Source of the DNA: Tubiluchus corallicola
Lineage: Eukaryota; Animalia; Priapulida
Direction of reading: 5' to 3'
Assembly: GCA_030141605.1 (NCBI GenBank)
Contig: JAQGDQ010000156.1
Coordinates: 372,001-436,000 of the forward strand
DNA length: 64,000 bases
Part shown: positions 13,666 through 25,000 of the stretch, piece by piece
How the letters are laid out: each line of letters begins with the position of its first letter
How positions within the stretch are numbered: the first letter of the stretch is position 1
Notes under the pieces: model-generated
The model's database searches: none
Seen by the model: the letters and a program-made list of their open reading frames with translations, nothing else
What the model was told of the DNA's origin: nothing
Position numbers and translations under genes: made by a program

Positions 13666-15510
13666 TGTACGTTATTGTTGTTTGCAATTTTCTTCTTTTA
13701 CTTTTTTCTTCTTCCTCTTTTCCATCTTTTCTTTGTCTTGCACAACATTTACTGCTGTTTTTCTCATCGTTTTGTTGCCGTGTCAATGCCCTTTACGAAC
13801 AGACTGTGCTGCATGGTTCTTTGTCTGTCGTAACATGTTATATTAATAATAAACCGATGAAATTTCTAATTCTTCTTTTCGAGTGCGTGCAATGTCAATA
13901 GAAGGAGAACATTTGAACAGGGCAGTACTGGTTTTTCCCCAGGAGTTTGACAAAGCGAGAATGTCTCATGGTTTTTCTGCTTGTTTTTTTTGCTACAAAA
14001 AAATTTCCATTCTCACATACATTGGAAAATTCACAAACATTGCATTTATTATAATATGACGTTCGCGTACAATTGCTTTAAGTGGAAAACCTGAACCCAA
14101 CAGAGCTGTGCTCAACATTCACAAAGCAATTTTATGCAAATGCTTACAAGATTAAAAGAATTTTTCCAGAAAATGAGATTACGGCAAGTACGACGGCTGC
14201 ATTCTTTATGAGGGCGTATTTGTATAATCTCCCTGCGCAACTTTATTTGCGTGTAAACGAAAATTCGGCAAAAAATGTTTCTGTTTTAATGCGAATGGTA
14301 GTGTCTTCGCACTTTTTTCATAAATTAAAATTTGACAATTAAAAAGAATTGAAACCACTAATTTCCTCGAAAAATCTACATTTTAACAAACAAATTAGCA
14401 AGAACAATGGAAGAAAGTGAAATTTTCAAATTTGGAAATTTGGATCTGCCATTGTTGGTAAATAAACATTTAACTCTGGCCTACACCAGGACTTCTTAGT
14501 GGATTTTCAAAAATTACAAGTGACGGCTGATGAAGACTTTTATAAGCACTTCCATAAACCATATAAACCATTCCATCTTGTTGTGGAACACATTATGCTT
14601 CTAAGATAAGCTGCTTGTTCAGTTGCTACAGTAACCTGTTTTCTAGCATTACATACTGGTGTCATATGAAAAATTTAAAATTTAATATGTTGATTAACAT
14701 AATAAGCAAAATAAAGTACATACGACAACTGGTATATTATAAAAAAGAAATATAACTGTAGGAGTAGAGTGGGACCTTGAAGATATATCTTTTTATTTTA
14801 AAAATTTCTTCCACATAAAGGATATATACATTGTCTCTAGTCCCACTAGAAGGAAACTATATATTGCTATACTATGTATATAATACAAAATACGTCTACA
14901 GATGACTGGACATCTTAATAAGTATCATGGGCATCATTATACGTGTTTGCATAGAAAACAATGTGTGAACAGATATCATTGAGATATATAGTCTGTATGG
15001 AAAAGTGTCACATGGTTTTAGTTCACAAATAATATTTAATGATATATTTTACTTGCAACTTTTGAACAATCCAATGTGGGAAGTTTATGCAGAGTTTACA
15101 GAAATTTGTAATTTGTGTTAGCATAAGAATTTTTTGTAAATTTGAATTCTGTGTCATCTTTGTGGCTTTTGTTTCATTTGAAATGAAATTTGCAGTTGCA
15201 AATAGTTTTAATTTCTGCTGCATTTGTGACGACAATTACTCGTGCAACAAGAATTGTTACTAATTCAGAAAACTTGCCATGCCTGAGGGTTTTGCTGACT
15301 CAGTATACTTATTTGCATGTCAATTGGCTACCACATAAAATTTACTGCGGTCGTAAAATTTTACTATTAACACATTACTCGTTAAGTCGACTGCGGTAAA
15401 GCTTTGCTCGCCGAAGAAACGTCCTTTGACTGTAGACTTGGTCTTTTATACCCAGATGCATGATGAATTGAATAGCTAAATAGTGATGATGTGTACTTGC
15501 TTAGCTGCCT

Positions 15511-15557
15511 AAGATGAGCAACGCTTGCCCTGGTTAAGAAATGGATGAGTGATAGGC
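15511..15557 (+). pseudogene. 5S rRNA-derived fragment
   Basis: AAGATGAGCAACGCTTGCCCTGGTTAAGAAATGGATGAGTGA matches the same 5S segment. Confidence 0.5.
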
Positions 15558-16610
15558 AGCAAATGCTTCTGTGCAGTTTCATCTGGCATAGTTTACAGCA
15601 TATGTAAATGTATTCAAAACACGTCTGCCGGTTCAGTATCACATTTTAGAAGATTACCCATAATCCAGAGTAGTTACCAGTCCTGCCTCAACTTCAACAT
15701 AATATTATTACTTGGGTTGCTGTTAACTGTTGTATAATGGCTTGTAGGGTGAAACAAATCAATGTACAATATGCATATTCAGTTCAAGATATTATTATCT
15801 TTTTTGAAAGCCATGTCTGGAATTGTTTTTTACCTATACGTAAATAAAACTGTGTCCGTTTAAGAAACACATTATTAAACATCAAGTTTGAGTGGAATCG
15901 AATTTGAGAATTTCAAAGTTGTATTGAATTGAATTTTAACATTTCGAATTCGATTCAAATCACATCGGAATCTTTGTGAGAATAGATATTTGGTCACTGC
16001 ATGGTGAGCACGAAGCTGAACATTCCTAATTTTTTAAAACACTTATAGCACACTGATACATACTTAATATTTGTCCGCAAAAATAACTTTGCATACAGCC
16101 TATTATGAGTTATTTTTTTCGGGTAATGTAGTATTTGACAGGTATATTATATTGCTTTGCCAATGTACATTGTATGCATTTGTGCAAATAAAACTGAATT
16201 GAATTGAATGAATTAAATTATAACTTGTGGCGTAATCTATCAGAGTTGTGCATCTCATTTATTAGGTGTAATAGTCTCTGTAGTTAGTGTGTTTGATGAA
16301 AATTCATACTTATAACATTTAAACATATGTGACTTTTAAACTTTTCGCTCCCACTAGGGGAGAACATATATCAGTTGTAAAACTGTCTGTTTCAAACCTA
16401 TATGTTACACCTTCAATAAATTATGTTTAAACCAAACTTATGTGAAATAGTAACAGTAAATTCATACATAACAATGCCGTATAAGTTACAATGGCATGTT
16501 TCCTCTGGAATTATGCTTCTCCTGTCTTGAAAGTATTTTGGGTAAAAGTAGGAAATGGGTAAATTGCATGAAGTGGGCACCCTTCATAATAAATATCTGT
16601 TTCTTTTCAG

Positions 16611-16752
16611 TGCTGGAACACCTGTTGGGAAGCACACCACTCAAGAACAATGCCGTGGTGACAGCTGCTGCCTTCTGTGTGTGCGACGCAGCATAAGTGA
16701 CAGTGGCTTGTGCTTGCCCTGGAATTACGCTTCTCCTCTTATGCACTTGAAG
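16611..16752 (+). CDS. MAST: Candidate MAST N-terminal exon (S)AGTPVGKHTTQEQCRGDSCCLLCVRRSISDSGLCLPWNYASPLMHLK
   Basis: Acceptor ttcttttcag|, donor AAG|gtattt. Phase 2 to 0, stop-free, and bridges exon 6832-7172 to exon 19017 in frame. Confidence 0.62.
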
Positions 16753-17782
16753 GTATTTTGGGTAAAAGTTGGAAATGGGGCATAAGCATCGATGACCTTT
16801 AACTTTACTTTGCTTTTAACATTGCTTTGTTTAAAATAGCCATTGCATATTTATAGTAATTCACTTGTTATTTTTCTGATTGTCATTTTACCTCTTTCTG
16901 CAGACATTTTTGAAAATGAAATCATTTGTGTGGAAACGGAAAGCTAACGAGAGGCGCCTTGCCAATCAGCGTGCTAGCATCCGTCATTGAGCCGCATGAT
17001 GGATGAATAACCGCGGAAAATAATTTGACAGAAAAACATTTTATATGTTAGTGAATTGATGCTTGTTTAGTGCGTGTGCAATCTAAACTATTGCCTTTAT
17101 TGTCAAGGAAAGAAGACAGTGATCACATGTTTTACTGAAAATGTAACGTCATTTTTAGGGGAGGATATGAAGCCAAACAAACATTTAGCATTTTAGATGA
17201 ACTCTTCTACAGGCTATTGTGATTACTTAATACAAATGTTGTTGTTGGCCGTAAATAAACAAAAAATGTTTTTGTATCCATTTGTTTATTTTAATTGGTT
17301 TTATTCTGCCCCAACACCTAACAACACACCATGCTTTGCAGCCGGGCTTCCCAAGTTCCAGCTTTTAGCTCAGCTGCAAGCAGTTACATCATTTGTTCAC
17401 TAATAATTGACTGTTCACTTGACAAGTAATTGTAGTAATTTTTGTTTTCAGTTTGTATAAATGTATGTAGTACATCTGATCATGTAATTGTAATGGTGTT
17501 TTTGTCTAATAAACGAAAAAAATGTATAATGATGTATAAATGAACTAGTAGATTGAATTTTTGAAACTTAACTTGATCGAAAGTGAAACCCGAATTTGAC
17601 CGAGATCGATTCTGAATTTGATCTAAAATTATAAGTCAAATGCCACTGCCTTGTACGTCACAACCACTTTTAACCGGGGCAACACTTGATTCAGTCCCAA
17701 CATCCCGCATTTCTGAATGTTAGTTTACTGACGCTAGAGGAATGATTTTTTTTTTGCTAATCAATATAGAGTAACTGGAAGG

Positions 17783-17941
17783 AATTTACAATTCCCCCAC
17801 ACAATTTAAATACCTTAACTCTAACCTTAACCCTAACTCTGACCCTAACCCTAAACTCTAAAACCCTAACCCTAAAATTAACCATGAACCTAACTCTAAC
17901 CCTAGCACTTCATGAACTAATTTCTTGGGGAATTGTAAATT
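17783..17941. mobile_element. Small fold-back element with 15-bp inverted ends enclosing degenerate (CCCTAA)n
   Basis: AATTTACAATTCCCC / GGGGAATTGTAAATT perfect inverted repeat; internal CCTAAC/CCCTAA units. Confidence 0.7.
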
Positions 17942-19016
17942 TATTAATTAATTGTACTGTTATAATTATTATGTTAATGGCAAGATAAATATTATAAGGA
18001 AAATAGGCCTGCTTAAACTTGTGTGAGTTCCGTACTGATGGATTCTTTGTGAGTTCTGCCCTTGTGGATTTAGTTGACATTTTTAAGCGTATAAGTGAGG
18101 CAATATATTGAGGCTATCGATTGTAAATTTTATGTACCAGAGATGATTTTAGTAAACGTCCCACGGAGTATATATAATTCTCATTTCTATGTGATCTCCT
18201 TGAATTGCAAATCAATATTTAGGATCGAGCTTTAAGGAATATATCAGTTTATGCAAAGTGGACCGCGTTCATTTCTTCCGGAATCCATTCCTGAGAGCCA
18301 AAATTGAATATTTATTATTTGTATAATCGACTGATACGGTTGAAGCGGACATATTGAGCGGTTATCAGCATAACCAGACACTAGTAGCTAAACAGTTTAT
18401 TGACAGCAAACAAATTTTGCTTTAATGTCTGCACCGTTTTTATCAGTTGATTATTACAGCATGTAATTTCAGTGACTGTTTTTGTATTAATTGTGTGAAA
18501 GTTTTTCTTTAAGTGTATTGGACCATATTATTCTGTTCTTTCTCTCCAGCAAGCTTTACATATTTATATCAAAGGATTAATACATGAAACTCGTATACGT
18601 AAAAGGAGAAATACATAAAAGTCGGAATTTAAACTGACATGATATAAAATTATTGAAAAATTGTTAATTTTATGTCGTGTCAGTTCAAATTCTCATTTTT
18701 ATAAGATTTTGTTAGCTAAATTTTGCTTTTACAAGTTATACGTATTTTTTCCTGTGATATAAGTAGATAAGTTTGAAGAAACATGAATATACATAACCCA
18801 ATATCAAGCAATGCAAAAAGATAATCTAGTTTTTAATACGTAACTACAAAAATTCATAAAGTTTTTTGGATTATTTGACAATGGCAGTGTTGTTTCCTGA
18901 AGAAAAGACTAGATTTTCTAGAATTTTTTCAAGTGATTGCCTTAAAAGTTGCTTTGTTGAATTTAATGCAATAGTGTTAATAATATTAATGTGTTTGTTT
19001 CACTTTTTTTCTGCAG

Positions 19017-19048
19017 AAGGAACTCAGCTTTGGTTCAGCAAGAGGCAG
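19017..19048 (+). CDS. MAST: MAST exon [10 protein letters not shown](S)
   Basis: ttttctgcag| and CAG|gtatgg; resembles vertebrate MAST KELSLPRRGS; phase 0 to 2. Confidence 0.85.
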
Positions 19049-22000
19049 GTATGGATTAAAAATAACATTTAGATATTTTTTCTTGTTGTTGTTGTTGGTT
19101 TAAACTGCATTTATTAGTACACTGAAAATTGAAAGAATACATACTTGAGAAGCTGAAATCATTTAACAGTACTAAGTAATTGGCTAACATGTGTATAAAA
19201 AACCTATATAAGAGCCTGTCTTACGTGAAGACAGTTTCAGTGTTAAAAATTGTTAAGAAACAACTTCATATATTGGTGGTAAAATAGGAAGTAAAACATG
19301 CAATGAAAAAATGGCGAAAATTAGTTAAGGACAGACGACAATACGGATATGATAGATGAGATAATGAAGTGGATGATTAATGATACCCAGATATCGGCAT
19401 ACAGTATAAGGGTCTACGGATTTATTAGGTTTGAATAGTGTTTTGTGCACAAAATGCTCTTAGCTGAAAACTTGGTTAATTGATGCCACCAGTTTATGCA
19501 CCCCAATTACGAATACATCTCGAAATGGAAGATTAATTGTGAACTGTTGAGCTTTAGTTCTTTTGTGAAAGTTTCCATTATAAAAGTAACTATTCTTTTA
19601 CGTAATTGCTTCAGAAATGGTTCACCTCATGCAGAACAACTGCTAAACATATCGCTAATGTTTTTGTCCAAGTCAGTCCGATTTCACTTTAACCTAAGAT
19701 AGACACGATCACCTTAAATTTAGATAGACTCGGTCATACAATTCGTACTGCCATCTGTTATTGGTTTCTTAACTGTCTACAAAGCTTATTCATTTAAATT
19801 TTATGATAAATATGGCATTGTTCATGCAATGCTAGTCTCAAAGTTCCTTTTTTCTGGCCCGTAACACAGATGAATAATACATGCACTTGGTTTAATAAAT
19901 CTTTCTGCCCATTCTACAATTCAGTTAACATTGTGGTTTTGTGTTTTTACATTCTTGGATACAGATTATGTACAGATTTTGTGCATTCTGTTGAGATGTC
20001 TTGTTGTGTTTCAGTCGAACACCAGCCAGGAAAAGTCTTGTCAACACATCGCCCACGCTACCCCGGTGTCATTCCCCTGTTCCCCACGGTAAGTTTTTCA
20101 TTTCTGCCATAGGGCATTTGTTGAAACAGTTAATGAGCATGCGTTATTTTCTCATCAGCATTCCACAATAGCATCTTTCTGGGTTTCATTTAAATTAAGC
20201 AGCTTTATTACTGGAGTTAACATGTTTCTTAACAACCAAGCTGTTGGCAATAAACTTTCTTAAATTTTTAAAATAATCACAAGATTAATAATTTAATATA
20301 ATAATTTCGTATAATTTAATATAATAATTTCGTATTAGCGAATAATTGTAAGAATAGGTTTTATTGTTGATTTAAGCAAAACTTGTTGTCTTAGTTTTTT
20401 GCACTGGTAACTTTTGGGCAGGCGTATCACTCATGGTATCAGCTTCTGCTCAGTGACCATAGTGACAGTTTCAACATTGGCTCTGATTTTTTTCTGTGCA
20501 TGTGCGCTATTTGTCAAGCATCCAATTTTTATTAATATTATGTTAGGGTTGTGTAGGATGAACCGGACAGTATACTAGGCATTGCAGACAATTTAGAATT
20601 TCATACATTCGTTCATAGATGGCTGCACAGTCTAGTTTGCAGGTATAGTGATTATCGCATAGCTGCTGGTCAATACTGGAAGATGTGAAGCAGCGTTGAT
20701 TTGTCGACATTTTCCTAACTTAACTTTCACTTTGCTGTCAGATTTGCTATATTTACTTTTTTAACCAGGACAGGAAAACCTTTTACTTGCATTAAGCTAA
20801 AAAAATTATCTTGAAATTTCTTATTGCCTAAATACTGCCTACTCCTTATTGAGTACAGAGCTTGTATTAACACTTACTTTGTACAAAACTTGTAAATTTA
20901 AACTGCTGTGATGATGTATGGACAGTAGCTTGTTTGAAACAAAATTAGATAAGATAGCGTAAAGTTTGGAAAATAATCAGAGCACTCGCAGTTCTCGCTT
21001 CACTAACTAAGCAGAAGTACATATTACTTTATCTTGCAAGTAAGATTAATATCTTTTTCCATGAATCAATTGTGCATCCTGCACTTGCAACGTGAGTTAA
21101 TGACATTGTACCAGTTGGCACAAACATTTTAATTACTAAGAATTTTTTTCCCAGTTTTGGTAAGTTTAATGGTAAGTAATATAACTTTGTATAGAAAGCT
21201 TTTTGGGACACACTTTAAAATTGCCTTTTATTCTGCTTTAAGTTAAAACATTAATTTCTAAACTATGTGGGTAGGGAGTTAAATGTCAAGCTTTTAAAGT
21301 CCACAACATAAGTTAGCATACTCTAAATGCTTCAAAATGGGAAATATGTAATTAAAAAACACTAGTGCACTTTTTTTTATATGACACGGCTTTAATGGAG
21401 TACGAACCTGGATTAGCTGCATAGTAAAGTTATCTGAAATTCTGGATGGTTTGGCAGACATAAAGATAATTCCCAGATTCATTTCACTTGATTATACAGT
21501 AAAGACCTTGAGAGCCTATTATCTTGTGCCATGCTGATGCAGCTGCTTAGTACCCTTGAAGAACTCCTTGAGAATTATATCAGTTTATTGCGAAGTCGTT
21601 TTACTATCCTCTTACTAGCCAGAAGGTTTAAAGTGCTTTGGAAGGGTCAAGACTAAGGTCTTTAGCGAGAGTTTAAAATCATTATTTTGCGGAAGTTTCC
21701 GGTAAAAGCATTAAGATGTCTCGAAACTGCACATGAATCACTCTATCAGGTCGTTACCTTAAAGCTCGTCTTCCCATATTTGTCACGTTTTGTCTGCGCT
21801 ACTGTAAGTTTATCTTGCTGTTCTTGTGACAGTGGTATTGATTTATTTTTATTTTCTCATGTTCTTTATGCAAGAAGTACTATTTTACGTTCGTCATGAT
21901 AAACGTAGAAAATCAAACTAAGTGCATTTTAATGCTGGTTGCATTTTAATCCCTTGCTTTTGTTGTTTTTATAAATGTCAAATTTGTGTTGCCAGACGAT

Positions 22001-25000
22001 TTATTGATTTGTTTTATTTATGTTATTACATTACATTTCTCAGCATGCTAATTGCTTTCAAAATGATAACAAAATTGCAATTTGTTTTTTGAAAAATGCA
22101 TACAGTAAATGTAAAAAAACAGCATATAATAGAAATGTAAGCTACTAAATTTTGATCTTGCTACTAAAAATGGCCGGTTGATGGAATTGCATAGATAGTA
22201 ACATAATTCCCCTTTTAAGACTAAGAATACAGAGGAACATTTATAAAAGGCAAAATGCAAGAACTTATTGTGCACCAAGGATTTATAAAGTAAACACGAA
22301 ACAGTAAGTTTAGAGAAACAGAAAAGGGAATACATGTACTACTTCTTTATGCTGTGGCCGAGTAGAAGCAATAAACACATAAAAGTAAGTCAAAAGTATG
22401 TTGAATTCATATATTTTTATTTTTCTATTAATGCCTGCATTTGAATCGATTAAAAACGCAGTTACTTGTCCATTATCCGGATTCTGTATAGCGAATAATG
22501 AAATAGACAGGGACATTCACACTAGATGCTGAAGAATCTAATCACTTGTTTCTTTCTCACGTTTCACCTAACGAGCATCCGCAATTTGACTCAAAACGTT
22601 GAGAATAATTGCTCTTTTGTACTCCTACCTGTCCATTAGGAAGCGCCAATTATCAAACGGGAGGTTTGCTTGTGCGACGCTTTGTTAAAGTGACACTAGG
22701 ATGTTGATGCCGGATATTCTTGTCGTTGTATCGATGGTCTAACAAGTCTTTCTTGATTGCTCTGCTTTTTTCTACTGGGGCATCAATTTTCCTTGCGTTT
22801 CGTACTACAATATTGATACTGAATTGTTGCAAAAGTTGCAACATTTTCCGTTGCTGCTTTCTGAGCATTTAGAGTAACAGCGCGTTCAGACTAATGAGTT
22901 TTCTAGCCATGTATAAATTTGACCAGTATCTAGCAGGCGTGTTCAGACTAGAAAGCAAAACTTGCTGTGAGTTACTCTCTGACAGTAAGCAAGAAATGTC
23001 TAGAGTAACTCATGCAGGCACACTAGACCGTCATTCCCAGGAAATCAACTTACAATAACTGTGGAGAGTTTGCAATAACTTGCTAACAGTAACTCGAAAT
23101 GCAGTTTACACTTGCAAGTTTGCTGTCAGTGAGAAAACTCGTGACAGAAAACTTGCTTGTCTGAACACTTTGTAAGGATCATAAAAAACAGAGTTGTTTT
23201 TTGTTTACAGGTCATCTGCATATAAAAATTACGTGCCTGTGATTATTAATTTTTTAAACTAGTTGAAACTTCTGATACAGTTGGACTCAACGCAAGCTGG
23301 TATCCAACAACTAGTCTGTGGGATGGGCCTATGGATGGTTGTAGTGTGACCAAAACCCAGCACATTATCGAGGCCACTGGAAGGGCCTGTGGATGGTTGT
23401 AGAGTGACCAAAACCCAGCACATTATCCAGGCCACTGGAAGGGCCTGTGGATGGTTGTAGTGTGACCAAAACCCAGCACATTATCCAGGCCACTAGAAGG
23501 GCCTGTGGATGGTTGTAGTGTGTCCAAAACCCAGCACATTATCGAGGCCACTGGAAGGGCCTGTGGATGGTTGTAGTGTGACCAAAACCCAGCACATTGT
23601 CCAGGCCTCTAGAAGGGCCTGTGGATGGTTGTAGTGTGACCAAAACCCAGCACATTATCCAGGCCACTGGAAGAGCCTGTGGATGGTTGTAGTGTGACCA
23701 AAACCCAGCACATTATCCAGGCCACTGGTAGGGCCTGTGGATGGTTGTAGTGCGACCAAAACCCAGCACATTATCGATGCCACTGGAAGGGCCTGTGGAT
23801 GGTTGTAGTGTGACCAAAACCCAGCACATTATCCAGGCCAATGGAAGGGCCTGTGGATGGTTGTAGTGTGACCAAAACCCAGCACATTATCCAGGCCACT
23901 GGAAGGGCCTGTGGATGGTTGTATTGTGACCAAAACCCAGCACATTATCCAGGCCACTGGAAGGGCCTGTGTATGGTTGTAGTGTGACCAAAACCCAGCA
24001 CATTATCCAGGCTCCCTTCTTAAAATAAACCGCTGAGCTGGCCCAGGTGTGTCAACGCACATTGCTGGTGATTAAGTCCTCCTTTTTTGGATGTAAATTT
24101 ATTGCCATACAATGATGAATCAGTTACACCGTGATTGCCAACAATAATAGTACCAGTCTCGATTTTTTGCCGATATTTTTAGCTCTTTGTTTTCCGAGCT
24201 TGCGTTTAAAAGCATCAGGCGTCCAATGAATATTTGATACTGAACTCGAGTAGCAGGCAGCTTTTAGGGTTTATTGCCAGGTTGAATGTAAAAACCGAAT
24301 GACGTATGTCGGACGTTCAGACGTTACTTCCGCTGTCTGTTTGTGTTATAAAACATTCGCCGTAGTTCAAGCAGAATGGCTTATTGAGAAATTTGTTTTC
24401 TTTGAGTTAAGCTTTGTATCTCAGGCCAATGTGGCATGAAGGGCACAGTGGTACTGAGGTTGGTCATGATTACAAAATGTGAATGATTCTGACTGCATTG
24501 ACGTTTACTATCAATAAACGGATTCATGTTTCCAAGGTCTCCCTGGCAAAGTTTTGCATGCATAGTGCATGAAGCTATGAATGCATGAAATTTTGGGTGT
24601 TTTTAACTGGTGCAGAGAACAAGTTGTAGCAATGTGTGTGTGTGTGTGTGTGTGTGTGCGTGCGTGCGTGTGCCTATGTGTCTGTGTATATATATTTTTT
24701 ATAATAATACTACATGTGTTAATTTTTTGGTTTTGATTGCTGTGTATGTATGCAGTAACGCAATCTAGGTGGTCACGTAGTGAACCTCCCGGCCGTGATT
24801 AAGCTACGCTGAAACTGGCCAGTAAAATGGCTATGAGTTCAATTCTCATTCACCTGTTCAGTATCGCATCTTAAACTTAAACAGTGTTCTTTGGTAATGA
24901 GGCAAACTCCTGGCTTGCCTCCAATATTAGGTAGGCCCTGTCGTAGAATGTTAAATTCTGGCACTAATTGGTATAGGTAAAAATTTTGCGTTTCTTTTTG

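Noticed and set aside
21687-21803. ORF ending at a strong ACT|gtaagt donor
   Set aside because: No ATG reaches the donor in phase 1 (ATG 21716 stops at 21734).
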